A stretch of 63,435 nucleotides of DNA, filler included, from Phoronis australis (GCA_002633005.1; 8 parts of 8 records of this genome joined end to end with filler, not necessarily neighbours in it); one strand, 5' to 3'; numbered from the whole stretch's first letter, positions 47,781 through 61,660 are shown. Made by a program: numbers and translations. The notes: generated from the letters alone by a model not told the origin.

Positions 47781-49187
47781 TGATCAGAAAACTCATCGGA
47801 TCGGCGTCAGATCATTGACTTGAACATTAATTAAACTAAGACTTGCTGTTCATTATTTTGCTCATCATTTCATAATGTTTAACTTGTTTTACAACACTTT
47901 CTTTCCTGATGGTAGGCATGTGTGTAAAACATTGGGCAGCATGCATGCTGTGTTGGGCAGTTTGTCACGCTGAAAGTCAGTCTGATTCAAGTGCTTTGCA
48001 GACTTGCACAACTTGCAGATCCATAGGTCCTGTTAATCGATCCACTAATTTGGAAATTAAGACCATATTGACTTATGAATTTTTTGTCAAAATCCACTGA
48101 TTGTTAAAAGTGCCTATCTTTAGTGTAGAAAATGCTAAGAGAGTGAACGTGCTCAAACTAGCTTGTGTAGCAACACGAGATGTTTAAAGAACAAATCCGT
48201 GTCTGGAGTTTTAACTTCTTTTTTATTTGCAGGGAAAATACAGTGTCAGAATTTTTGTGAGGAAGCCTGGTTTCAAGTCACAGGATGATGTAAGGATTTT
48301 TCTTTGTTTTCCCCATGTTGGCTAATGTTCATTATTTCTGGATTAGTTAAATTGCTGAATAAAAGACTTTACCCTTGCCAGCCTTCGAAAGTTTGAAGCG
48401 CGCTTTAATGTCCATTTTCAAAGACGAAAAGGATTGCTGATGTTGACGCTTTTCAAGTATAAATGCTTGCTACATTGCTGCATCAGTATGCCAAATTTTG
48501 TCAAATGTTTGGTGACAGCTAAACAGTGCTAATCATGCCAACTATAAGGTAAACTTTTCTTGTAATTTTTAATCTGGTTGATAAAATGGTCAAAATGAAC
48601 TTGTAGTTATTGCACAATACACTTCAATATGCTATACCAAATGACGTCTGGATTATTGGGAGCAACGTTGTTTGAGCTTGGTGTGAAAATTTAAATAAGG
48701 TACACTCAGAAAGTTTATGATATTGGCCGAGTATAAATAATATTGGCCAAGCATAAATAATATAGGCCTATCTTAATAGTATTCATGTCGTGAACACATC
48801 CACTAAAACAAGAAACTGAAGGAACACCGCATTTATCCACCTTCACTCTTATCAGGCTTCTATTGTGAGTCAGCATGCGTGAATAATTGGCTGATNNNNN
48901 NNNNNNNNNNNNNNNNNNNNNNNNNNNNNNNNNNNNNNNTTAATTAATTAANNNNNNNNNNNNNNNNNNNNNNNNNNNNNNNNNNNNNNNNNNNNCGTCA
49001 GACATCCGTACCTCCGAACTGCCAAATGGAATCTGGGAGAATTTTAAGGGGGCCTCTAATTCCGCCACTGCCGTATGCTCGAACTTCAGTTGAAATACCA
49101 TTCTGTAACACAAGCACTAAATTTTTATTTTTGATCCTGTCGCGAGGGGGTTTGAACCCCCTAAACACCCCCGTAGATCCGCCTCTG

Positions 49188-50560
49188 GATGTGACTCGGC
49201 GTACCAGCACAATGACATTGGAGCTATTTCCAGCACGACGACATTTTTGAAGACAAGTACCTATCTTCACGAGTTGAATCTTGCGTTCAATCGATTCACA
49301 GCGGTCCCAAAATACTTCCTACCTGATCACTATTTTCACGGTAATAACTTAACGTGCGACTGCGGACTAGCCAGCATTATGTGCTATTTTTGGAATTCAA
49401 TCACAAGCACTACAACACTAGAGGGCGAATATACCTTGCCAAAGAAGCAGAAAGTTTTGTACAAAAAGTCTTTTGAAATAGATAAGATTAGTTCGTGAGG
49501 ACACACGTGCCTTTTGTGGTGCTCTGTGAAACATTTAATCACATGTTTGTGGATGTGACTTCGTGAAAATTTTTGTAGTAGGAGATTTTTAGTCTGCTTA
49601 GCATCTCAACAAGATTTAATCTTAGATAAAAATGTTATCATGGTGGCACATTTTTGATGTAATTTTGGGGCCACTAATTAAACATTAAATATTTTTAAAC
49701 ATTTTTAGAGAGTAAATGATCCGTGGTTTACAAAATCTAAGTACTACCTGCACAACTACTATTTTCTAAGAAATATCCAACCCCTTCAAACTGTTTTGGG
49801 ACATCCTTATTTCTTACCTGCAAAAACATGATTTTATAAGTTAGATGATGTTTGTGTGTTTGTTTGTGCGTGCATGTAAATGTTTTGTGTGTTTGCTTGT
49901 GCTCGCATATAGATTTTTCTTTGATGCACTTATTCTTATGTTCAGTGAGACATAAATAATTACAAAAAAGGGGTGACGTAAGTCTGTATATCAAGTTAAA
50001 CGCAAGGTTCAGGATTAATTAATTTTGCTTTTCTGACTATACTTCGGGAGCACGCTTTCCGATATGCAAAATTGATTGAATACACGACACCTGTCGTTAT
50101 CATGATTCCGTTCCGTTCGTATCGTCGGAACACTGTTCGACACTCAACAGAACATTGGTGAAGCAACTGACCATGAGACATGATTAAAACACACGATATT
50201 TCGAAACATACTTGTTTCATTCTGTTGTCGTCGTAGTTTCTGTTAGTCATTAATCGGCTGAGGACACATCCATTTTCCATCCACACGGAACTAGACTGTT
50301 CACAATCTTGACTATTCTGTGTAGGCCTACGGTATATACGTTGTCGAAACGAAGGTCGATGTCTAAGTCCCAAGCAAGGACAATCGCAGTTAAACTTCAA
50401 GGCAGTGACCCATACGCAAGTTCCATGGGAATACTAGCATTTCCCGACAAATCGATGATGAAAGTCTGCATGATTAAAGGTTCTTATTTTTCTAGACAGC
50501 ACGGTGGTTGCAACAATCCACCTGAATCCCAAAAAATCTGGGCAAGTCATTGTAGCCTAA
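49188..50560 (+). pseudogene. Decayed leucine-rich-repeat (LRR + LRRCT) membrane protein fragment
   Basis: YQHNDIGAISSTTTFLKTSTYLHELNLAFNRFTAVP...FHGNNLTCDCGL gives an LRR consensus plus the start of an LRRCT. The 5' side is cut by a MITE end (GATCCGCCTCTG at about 49176-49187). The downstream part contains stops. Confidence 0.6.
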
Positions 50561-50573
50561 TCTCATCGCAGGT

Positions 50574-51870
50574 CATGCGCGCACCCATGGAGGATGGAGG
50601 GGGGGGGGGGCTCGAACGAGTCCCCTATTTGGCGAAGTGGCCAAAAGGTCCGCCTCAGAGAAACAAAAACTGACTTATGACGTCGTATCGTAGTCACAAG
50701 CTATTGTTTAACTTGCAAGATTTATGCGACGGGCACTACAATTGTTTTCCGTTGTAGCGTCTTTGTTGGATATAACAATCCAGGTCGCATGGATATCGTA
50801 CCATTATCTTTGTTATAAGAAAGAAGAACAACGTGAACAAAGGATACGCCTATCTACCGGTCTGTGACGAGCTTGCGACCTAGTTTCCCGTGGTTAAGCT
50901 CTCCCCACAAAATTTGTGAATTGAAACAACTATATACGATCCCCCATACGCTTTTGAATTGTTTTAGTTTACGTCCAATCAGTTTAACATGAAATTTTGA
51001 GTCAGGACAGACACCATTTTGCCGTTTAATAATTTCTCGGGTAAGAAAAAGTCGCTCAAAGAATAAGGAACCATGATTTAAGCCTCAAAAGTCTTGAACG
51101 AATTCTCTTTTTATCGCTAGAAAGGTTCTTCAATGTGGTCGCAATACATAAACAAATCTAGAGACTTTTGAGTGGCCAAGATGGTGCTGCAGATGATGGT
51201 TTCCAAGCAACATCTCGTCCCGGGCATCTGTGCCACCAATGGCCATTGTTGCCAATACTCGCTCCCACAGCAGATGCGCCGAATCGGTTGGCAAAGTCTT
51301 TCCACATTGTTGTACTGTGTAAATTGCTGAACATTTGGCATAAACAACACTTTTGTGTTGGTTGTTGAAACGAGAAGTCGCCACTTGCTACCCTCCTTAA
51401 TGAAAGAACAATATCGGCTTAATTAAAAAAATGGTTCTGCAATGTGACAGCCGACACAGCGAGTCGAACATTTGTGGGCCTGTCGCGGATATGACGAACA
51501 AGACTGGAATATCTTGAACAGCGTTAATGAAGATCGTAACCATATTTTTACTTGTCTAGCTTTCTGGTACCAGCATATAAGTTTGTACTGGATTTGCCAA
51601 GATTTTTCGTAATACATGTCGTTTGCCAACTTTATCTCGGGGCAAACTTCAGGTTTTGCTTAACGGTCTCTGCTCTTCGGTTATTGTTTACATGCGAGCA
51701 ACCAACCTAAAGTATAGAGAGGCTCGAATTTTCGAATTTTTCGGTGTGCGGACCTTTTAGTGAATGAAATCAACGAGGACTAATGAAAAAATCATGCCAC
51801 TTGGTTCAGGCCCACGAATTGTGCATCCGCGCCAGCTTCCCGTGGNCCCCCCCCCCCGGGCGCGCCCATG
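50574..51870. mobile_element. Probable non-autonomous DNA transposon with GC-rich TIRs
   Basis: CATGCGCGCACCC...poly-G at the left and poly-C...GGGCGCGCCCATG at the right (11 of 13 match). A subterminal motif is shared with 39600-39638. Confidence 0.45.
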
Positions 51871-52210
51871 GGTTGTGTCGGAGAATATTGCTGAATATGG
51901 CTTAACATAGGTTCGGTGGCCAATTTCTAAGACTGTATGATCCTCATACACATCGATCTTTTTTCTCCAGAAAACTTCCTCGCCGTCTAAGGGTCTTTGG
52001 TGGCTTCGTCGTCTGTCGCAGTGTCTTAAAGAGATTGGTTCACAGCTATTTAGTTGTATTTAATATGTATATACATGTGTTGACTAGTAATAAAGTTTGC
52101 TTATAAACCACATTTCTTTTTATTTCATACCCTATATTCTTCTATTATTCGTTTAAAACTCGCTCCCACTTCCCCACAAAATTTTGAGAACAGAAAATTT
52201 TCAACTTCGG

Positions 52211-54270
52211 CTATCTTCGGAACACGTCACATCGGGAACCTGAGCCGATCACTGCCGAGTCTGTCCATAGGTTTGTACTGGGACTATCTGCTTCTGTCAA
52301 CAGTTGAATTACTGGAGTATCTGCGAGTGCTTGCTTTATTAGAGTACTTCCATCTTGAGCGTCATTTTGTTGACAGCGGACTTGTTCCAGGCTTTCAGTG
52401 CATCTTTGCGACTCCCTGCATTGTCGCAAAGTCAAGAAACACATACAAACAAATGCTGCAAAGGTGCAACAAAGTAATGCAACCAATGCCATGACGTCGC
52501 TCTAGTTGGCTGGCGACATAATGCACCGCAGTGTGGACTTACATAATAAATGAGACCATACGTATCCGCCGGCCTCTATTCATCATGATCCACTTTCACC
52601 TGTTTTGTCATGTCGAAGTACTGGATGTGTAATCAAAGTGTATTGGGCAGCATTGTGCGTGTCTGGTTCCATAAGGGGTTCCAGTAAGGCATACGTTACT
52701 GTAACTGAAGCAAAAACTTTCGACTTGCTGAAGCGGATGCCACTCTCAGACCTTAGAAAACAACACGTCATTATTTATAGGAGTTTTCACAATATTAATA
52801 ATCATTACAATTTACTACTTTTTAACAATATCAGAAGGACCCATTTTAGCGCATCATGCTTGTGTTTGTAATACCTCATAATTTTTCTAATTCATTTCGT
52901 AAACCTCCTCTTATTCAGTGCACCCAGCTGCGGAACGTTATTCCTTGTAGTCTAAAAATTGCACAACGTTTGGCAATCGCTGAAACTTGTTGTCAAAAGA
53001 TGTCAGTCTCATGAGTTTCATCCACACCGACTGCTTTTATAATAACTATTACATGACACAAAGAAACAATTCTTAATCAACTACGTGCTGGTCTTTTCTT
53101 TAATTCTCAAAAATTTCGACATAATTTTCAAGAGGTATCAAATTTTTGTGTATTGGTTCCTTGAATAGTGTTAATAACTTTTTTCTTAAATGTCCCATCA
53201 ACCAAATAGATCCTGTCAATCTCTTCAAAAATTGATGTCACTTACATTTACCACCTATAATTAAAAACGTGCTTCGCTTTTGTTTATGGTTAACAACCAC
53301 TTAAGTTAGATCTGGTAGATATAGTGTCCACTTTCATTCATAATAGTATTAAATCCTAAGTCTCATTGATACAACCTTTCCGTGTTTTTTGTGTCTTTGT
53401 GTGTTTATTCGCTTGTGTATTGTTGTATTTGTAATTAGATCATGCAATATCCTACGTAGTACATTGTTAGAACTTAGAAATTGTCTTTTGATATCTGTCA
53501 TTAATGATCCTCTTCATATTTATTGTTCTTTTACTTTATTAATTTGCCTGCATATAATGTTTTCGATTTGCAGGCAGTAATTGTATCACTTCTTGTATTG
53601 TTCTTAAGGTGAGATAAGCAGTTTAAAAACCAAATCAAAATACACTTTTGCCCATCTATCAACAAACCAGTCCACAAATATATGTTTTTTAAACTGCAGT
53701 GATTTCTTATAGATTTCAGTCGATGGCCTTGTATTCCGAAAAAGTTGTTCGTATATATGATTAAACTCACAATTGCCCTAATGTTGTTTTTTAATCTAAA
53801 AGCATAGTCTTACCAAGGAGTGTACCGTACAGCGCCTTCCTTTTTATTTGAGATCACAATTTTCATAGGGAGAATATAGCATTAGTATACCACTATCAGG
53901 CTTAGGTACAATGATTTAATGGCCCTAAATTAACCCCTAGAAATGTTGTGATCATAGAGTGAAATGACATATGTAACACCTTTCCGTTGTTTCATACATA
54001 TTGGCTTAATATCAGTTTTGATAATGAATAACAGCGGTTAATTCAGAGGTGAATAGCAATCTGAGAAGACTTCTGTCAAGAAATCTTAAAAATCAATGAA
54101 AACTCCCTTCCACAGTTCACTCATTTTTGATTTTAGAAAACTAATACGCTAATGCAGGCATCACCAAATCAGGGAGTTTATAAATAGGAACCGTGATCAT
54201 TGCAGTTGATTACCCAGTTAGGATCTGTGTCAGTTTCATAATTTCATGGCACTGATGTACGAATTCATAT
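52211..54270 (-). pseudogene. Heavily decayed LRR-transmembrane protein gene
   Basis: Ordered fragments on the minus strand: VINCNDHG, SELWKGVF, IKSLYLS, IKRQFLSSNNVLRRI, RLYQ*DLGFNTI, FDNKFQRLP, LQGITF...FTK*IRK, then a hydrophobic segment MALVALLCCTFAAFVCMCFLTL and a tail (ORF 52211-52492). Confidence 0.45.
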
Positions 54271-54429
54271 GTATCATTCTATAATCACCCCCACCATTAA
54301 AGTTTTGCGTGCTATTCTATCATTCCCCCACCAAATGAATTTATAGAAAAGCAATGTTTATTCCTCGAAAAAATTGGAAGGGTGATAAAAAGATGAACTA
54401 ATATTGGGAAGTAAAATTGATTCACGGTA

Positions 54430-55507
54430 CAGTGGCGGATCTAGGATATCACAAGGGGGGGCCCAACATTTTGTCCGGCTGTAAGCATTTGCGCAAAGTG
54501 AACCACAATTGAAGATGCGCATAGCAGGAAATTTTTCTGTTTTTACCTCTAAAATTCAAGCATTTTCCTTGATTCCTGAAGAATTATCCAAGAAAAAAAG
54601 GCAAAAAAAAAAAACGGAGAACGTGTCAAACAGGAAAAACTGCAAGTTCCAAAGATTCGAACTCACGACCTGGCAGTTAGAGCGCGCGTGCATCACCACT
54701 ACACCACCACGAATTAACTACTAATTAGATACTAAGAGACCTACTTGTTTATGGTCCACAGCGTTTGTGCGCGAAACCTACTTCTTTTTGTAATGCTTAT
54801 TACACGTTTTATATTTTGTGCCATCAATTCTTAACAAATTTGTCGTATTTAAAATAGTCTTCAAATGCCCAAAAGACCAAATCCGTTTTTCGTGTTGGCA
54901 ATAATGACGGGATTGCTTTGGAAATCGTCTTAAGATAAGGTTTGACAAAGAGAGTATTGCGAGTTTCTGANGTATTTAAAATAGTCTTCAAATGCCCAAA
55001 AGACCAAATCCGTTTTTCGTGTTGGCAATAATGACGGGATTGCTTTGGAAATCGTCTTAAGATAAGGTTTGACAAAAAGAGTATTGCGAGTTTCTGAGTG
55101 ATTCACTAAGGCTTCGATTAAAATTCACATCTTACTAGCAGCTTCTGTCTTTTCATCGTCACTCAGGTTCCATTTTCTTTAAAAAATGAAGTAAATTTTC
55201 TTCATTGCACAGTGGAGCAGACGACGGAAAATGAGTCGTAGTGCGCAGCGCCACTGCCGGTCGCCTGGAATATCACGGGAGAGCCTATACTTAGTCATAG
55301 TTCCTTTACGAATGCGCCGTGTTCAGAATTTGACACTTGAAATTGGATTTGAGCCCCCCCCCCAACACTAAAACTGCACACATTTAAATCTTTTTTCATC
55401 CGTATAATTTTAATTACCGGGGTTAATTAATAAACTCAACATTTCCCTACGCTCTTACTGTTTTATTTTTTGCGGCAGCCAAGGGGGGGGCCCTAAATCC
55501 GCCTATG
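54430..55507. mobile_element. Non-autonomous DNA transposon nested in the TIR of a smaller MITE (host element 54423-55747)
   Basis: TIRs CAGTGGCGGATCTAGG / CCTAAATCCGCCTATG with 5-bp TSD CGGTA (54425-54429, 55508-55512). Removing it restores a host TIR CACGGTAAAGTTTCCTAAA that pairs with TTTAGGAAAATTTACCGTG. Related ends occur at about 49187 and 56490. Confidence 0.8.
54651..54710 (-). mobile_element. tRNA-derived sequence inside the DNA element
   Basis: Minus strand has A box TGGTGTAGTGG and B box GAGTTCGAATC, but no intact cloverleaf. Confidence 0.55.
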
Positions 55508-56636
55508 CGGTAAAGTTTCCTAAATTTGGAACACAAAAACTGAAATTTTATTTCATGTTAATATTTTCAATAGACATAAATAGGAAGAAAAGTTTACTCG
55601 ATTATTTGCCTAATTTATATCGTACATCTGTCACCAACAAACGCATGATGAAACTTTGAGAATTGTTGACACTGCAATGTGGTACTGAAAATGGAAAATG
55701 ACTATTTTGGCGATTATTTTTATTCGATTTTAGGAAAATTTACCGTGATAACTGTAATATTGCCTAGGATTGTAGAATTTCTTTTGGACCACACATTAAT
55801 GAGCATCTAACTGCAATGTTAATTTGTACAATATCAAGCAAATCTGCAGACAATGTTATTCCAAGTACAGTAAATGGACTGTTGCCCACTTTATATCCCA
55901 CTATGACAATATAATTCTTTTCTCAGAGTTGATGCCGCCGATTCAGATTCACTCAGTTTTATCTAAATTAAGTTTTAAACCGAAGTACTTAGAATAGTGA
56001 TATAAAAGATCTAAACCTTTTCCAGAAACTTCTCTGAACCGCCAAGGAAATGGGCTGAGTCGTCAGCATAGTGAATAACCTTTGATTCCAAGTTACCAAT
56101 ATTAAGTACTTTTTTAATAATCCTATTTTTCTGAACAAGTCCAAGTATTCATGCGCGAATCAAAAACAGTTAACGTGATCGTGGATTCCCTTGCCTACAC
56201 CTAGCTGGGAAGAAAATATGCAGAAAATATTCTGCTCTCACGTAAGAACTAGAATTCAGGATTTTTACCCACTGTCTTCGCCACAGTTGAAGAAGGATCG
56301 TAAAACATTTTGCATTTTCACCATCATGTCTGCCAGCAAGGTTCATGGTTGATTTTCGTGAATAAGGTCGTCCAGCACCGTTTTCATTCTGTCAGCAATG
56401 CATGAAGACAAAATTTGATAACTGGCATTCAGTAGTGTTATCGTCCTCCGTTTTTTTTTAATTCTGTTGGTTTATTGCCTTGTAGCAAACAGTGGCGGAT
56501 CTACGTTTTCAGNNNNNNNNNNNNNNNNNNNNNNNNNNNNNNNNNNNNNNNNNNNNTTAATTAATTAANNNNNNNNNNNNNNNNNNNNNNNNNNNNNNNN
56601 NNNNNNNNNNNNTCGTGTGATACATCTAAAAGTTGA

Positions 56637-57044
<408 letters not shown>

Positions 57045-57699
57045 GAATGGTGATTTTTGTTTTTCAAACTATTTTTTGTGTGAATGATCAAACTTTGCAA
57101 TGAATGTGTCATGTGGAGGCATTTTCAAAAGATTATGTCCACCCACAGACTGTATTTGGCTCATTGACGTCATTTGGAATGGGAATGTTACCTTTTTTAG
57201 ACTGTGAGTGAATATTGCACAATGAAAGCAATGTGTGAATGACTGGCTGTAGCATTAGTTTGTGGCAACACTACTCAAGTCAAAAGGCAAATAGTTAGGT
57301 AACAGTACTGGATGTGACAGTCTGCAGACATCTCAGACATTGTTGTGTAAGAGGGCTACATGTGACAATCTGCAAACTTCTCAGATTTTGTTAGGCAACA
57401 GGGCTGGATGTGACAATCTCGAGATGTCTGTGATTGTGAGCAAAAGGAACACAACTTACACAACCAGTCAACAATTACTGAACTTCATTGTTAGTGAACT
57501 CCTATGAGAGAGGCCAACCACACAATCAGTGTTCTTAATTAAATGTCTTTTGCATTTCTTGAAACGTTGCATCCTGTGTTTATTGGAGCAGACTATGGGT
57601 TTCTATTATTTGACTGAGTTGTGAACTATGCTAAACCATCCATAGACTGACTTTAGCAAAAGACAAGTTAATGACTATTCAAGAAACAGGCACCAGGTG

Positions 57700-57811
57700 T
57701 GGTATTCAGTTTAGACATGTAGTGAAGTATGAACAACTGTTCAATAGACTGGTATTCAGTTTAGACATGTAGTGAAGTATGAACAACTATTCAATAGACT
57801 GGTATTCAGTT
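57700..57811. repeat. 50-bp tandem repeat (about 2.2 copies)
   Basis: Unit TGGTATTCAGTTTAGACATGTAGTGAAGTATGAACAACT(G/A)TTCAATAGAC. Confidence 0.9.
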
Positions 57812-59334
57812 GGGATGTTTCTACATTTCTGATATTTGGTCAATTTTGAACCGTAGAAACTTACTTGTTTACAGTAGCCACGTGTTGCAATATAAAATTG
57901 CCCTCTATGGACCTACTCAGTAGCACATTGATCCTCTGTTGTTTACATCAAAACAATCACATTTACTGTTGTAATGCCAATACGTTTGATCATTACTTAG
58001 TGAGCTGTGTTGTTGACAAGTTTGCTGGATAGGATGGTGTGCCATTTATTGTTTTCTCCACCTTAGAAATGCGTTAAATAGGACAATGCCACAAGCTTCT
58101 TAGCAAAAGAGGAGAGTTGAATTGGGGGCAATAGTCAAATACAGGGGCCCAGATTTTGAGAACTAGTTTGATGCTCATTATGCAGTTGAGAAAACTTCTC
58201 AAAATGTGGGACCCCTTTACTAAAGCGACAATTGTCGAATTCCGTATGTAACCACTAGTGGAGTTCATGGTTGTGATTTGAAAGAAGTGAGTTTATGTTT
58301 ATTATGAGGACAAATGCCAAACACAAGGATTTTGGTGTAGCTCTTCTGCTTTGATTAATTATTCTAAGTTATTACAATCACAATAGGGATGTCCTGGATT
58401 ACACAACAGAACTCTTTTGTCCTGGAGATAATAAAGCGTGTCATCTTGTTTTAGAAATCGGGCACATTTTTACAGATCATGTCAGAAACCATTAAGGGGC
58501 CATGGAAATATTCCCGACTTCAGCCGTTCAAAAATACTGCTTCCACGGGTATTTGACCAGTTATCAAACTTTTTCACGCCAGAGTTGCAGCCCACAGCAC
58601 AGCCAGTAAAACTTTTGTTACCATTGAAAGGACAAATAGTATCAGACAACACAACAAATAAGATGCAGAATTCCAGTGACACGAAAATGAGGCAGCAAAT
58701 GTGCGCGATGGATGTTTGCGGCATTGTAGGTAAATACAGCAAGATTCACGAGTTGCAGTGCAATCGGGAACGGACCTATTAAGATACTATGCAGGAGCCA
58801 CTAATCTATAAAATTGTGTGTTAATTCAGGAGCTTGCAAGGGCATTTAAAAATGCACCGCTGCAAGTTTTTCATTTTTTATTCATTTCAAAAATTTCTGT
58901 TTGCAAGTGTCAGAAAGAAGCATTAACAGAGTTAATTTAATAATATTTAAAATAAATATTTTCTGAAAGAAAAGCGTCTTCAATTATTTTATGCCATTCC
59001 ACGCTGTTAGAAAGCTAACCTGTGGCGTTACAATACTTTGTGTTCCTCTTATATTAAAACAGATTCACCAGATAACTGACAACTCTGCACAGTCAGCACA
59101 TTCAAATAAGACGGCTGATTAATGTCTATGCTTAACGCTGCAAAATTCTTGACACTTGGATAACCTGAAGTGTAGGTGAAGACTTTTGGGAATGGAATTC
59201 GTGTGAGGTGTATACTAAGTGGCTGTAAATCTGTGTTGTGTCAAAGAAGCAAACTTTTGATTTAGACCGCCCCAAAACTGGTCTTGGTGTGTTTCTTACA
59301 CAGATTAGGAAGTGATTTTCTTTATTCCTCGATA

Positions 59335-59515
59335 CCATGCCTGGCACATTCACTGACATGTCATGACAAGACATCTTGTACAGCCTGGTGTGCAGACGAT
59401 GCCTGGCACATACACTGTCATGCTGTGACAAGACATCTTGTACAACCTGGTCTGCAGACCATGCTTGGCACATACACTGTTATGCTGTGACAAGATATCT
59501 TGTACATCCTGGTCT
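59335..59515. repeat. About 62-bp tandem repeat (3 copies)
   Basis: ATGCCTGGCACAT...GACAAGACATCTTGTACA.CCTGGT repeated three times. Confidence 0.85.
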
Positions 59516-61660
59516 CCAACAATAACCAGTTGTGTGAGGTTAACACACTAAGAACTATTCAAGACCAATTTCACAAGTGATCGAAATCAAAAGTTGTTTT
59601 TTGTGATGTAAGCCAGGCTTATCGCAACACTTGAGGCTAGTGAACGTAAAACTGCCAAAAGTCCTATTTGGAATTTCCATTTCCTTTAATGGTGCATTAT
59701 ACTGGTTTAATACCTATGTCCAGCCAAATGGGCAGAATTTTCTAAAAATTCGCTTTGAAACATCCATGAATTGTAAAACATTGTACCCCAAAATTTTCCA
59801 AGTTGCCCATACTTTGGCAAGCCTGTCTACTTTCAACTTCATCAACTCACTTATATTTTCCTCAAGTTTACTTAATATGGACTAAGAAATTCTAATTAAC
59901 AGAGCTTGGGTTTTCCTCTTTTAAGAGGATTTGCTTTTAATGTCTGCTGAGATTTGATTTCTGGTTACTTTTTTCCTCTTTTTTTATCATTATTTTGAAT
60001 TTATTTATGCAAAACGTTTATTTACTTGTGGCATGATACATCACCTTCATCTTTTTTGGCCATTCCAAACCCTGAATCAGTTGATATTGGGATTTTTGCA
60101 CATGAAGCAGCCTCCAGATGCAGTTATGGAAGAACTGAAACCAACTGGTCGGCAGATCATTTTAGGTGTCGGGCATGGTCTTGAGAAATAGTGAACTGAG
60201 GTGTTCTCTAGCAGAGTTACTTCTCACTGGCACAAGTCGAGAACAGTTTTATAGGAATATCTGCTTTTAAAAAATGCTGTAAATTAAATAATTCCTTTGT
60301 AATGTTATTGGAGACTTGAGAACAAGAATGATGAAACAGAAGCCTTACAAAGCCATTAAGGCAGTATCTGCTTCCCACAATACTACAGCGCCCTCTCTTA
60401 TTCTACAGTATTTATCCACAATGCTGTGCATTCGTGGGTCACTTCCTGCGCAGCTGAACACTGCTGCTGTGTTAATCATTTAATATAAGTTTGTCATTTT
60501 GATGCAAAGAAGTATTACTGAAGCACATTGAATTGCAATGCAGTTAAAAAATGAAAAGTTGAACTAGATATGATCAAATGCTCTTTACATGTATGACCCA
60601 GCTAAGAAGCATGCTAATGCGTTTTTCTATCTCCGCAAATGAAGAGCGATGATTTTGGGATGTGGCAATTGGTTCTGTGCTCAACTCTTTTTGAAAACTG
60701 CGCCTCAAAGGTGGCACCAGGTGGCATTCGGGGAAAAGAAGTATCCCAACAGGTGGCAGAAGGCGACTTGCTGAAAGTACTGGCAACAAAATAACATCAC
60801 CACAGCAATTTAAAAACATGGCCAGATTTTTTGACTTAATAAAAATTTGAATTGTTTTCTACTATATTTTATTTTTTAAAGTGTACAAAACCCATCCATC
60901 CAGTGTAGACTAGATTATCATCAGAATAATTCACAGTTCTTTACAGATAACACAAGATTAGAAGTGTACAATAAGATCCTGAAAACTAAGAATAAATGAC
61001 AGCAATTTAACAGTAAGTTGATCTTATTTAAATAGGCAAAAATCTCATTTAACAGTGCTCAAAATGCTGTTCCATTATAATGACAATTTCACACAAATTA
61101 CAAGTTGTTCAATTGGCTTTTGTGGAAATGTTCTGCATTCTGTGGGCAATCCACATAGTTAAGAGAGTAACAAAATGCATATCTATGTGTTCAAAACAGT
61201 GATGACACCTCTCCATAATGAACCGATTAGACATGATCTCAAAATTACTTCTAAAATAACAAGTTCACCTGACGTGTAAAAAATGAATTTTTAAGGCACT
61301 TTTATTACAACCCTGTCCATTTTGAAAACACCACTTTTTTACATTTTCAAAACTTTTAAGTCCAAATGTATCATTTTCCATGTATACTTGTTTGACTGAA
61401 ACAAAACTTTTCTATTGCATTTACAAAATATTTCTCATCCAACATGAATATTCATTCAAAAAGTTTTTATGTCGATCATCTATATGATTACTGAAAATGA
61501 AGTTTTTGAGAAATTGTTTTCAATCATCCACACGTAGTGAATACATTGCTTTAAAAATTAACATCTGGAGGGCATTTTTGTAGTCGTTTTCAGTGGATAT
61601 GTGTGAACATTAAGTGAATCCACACAGAAAAATTACATTTTCAAATGAAAACCCGACTGT

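Noticed and set aside
47781-47790. TGATCAGAA after the LTR as a primer-binding site
   Set aside because: It lacks the TGG start, and the LTR follows a PPT and integrase, so it is the 3' LTR.
51117-51384. Overlapping ORFs inside the 50574-51870 element as a transposase
   Set aside because: They are short and show no convincing catalytic or zinc-finger motif.
58438-58782. 114-aa and 86-aa ORFs downstream of MFSD3
   Set aside because: No recognisable domain or splice support; probably repeat-derived or UTR sequence.
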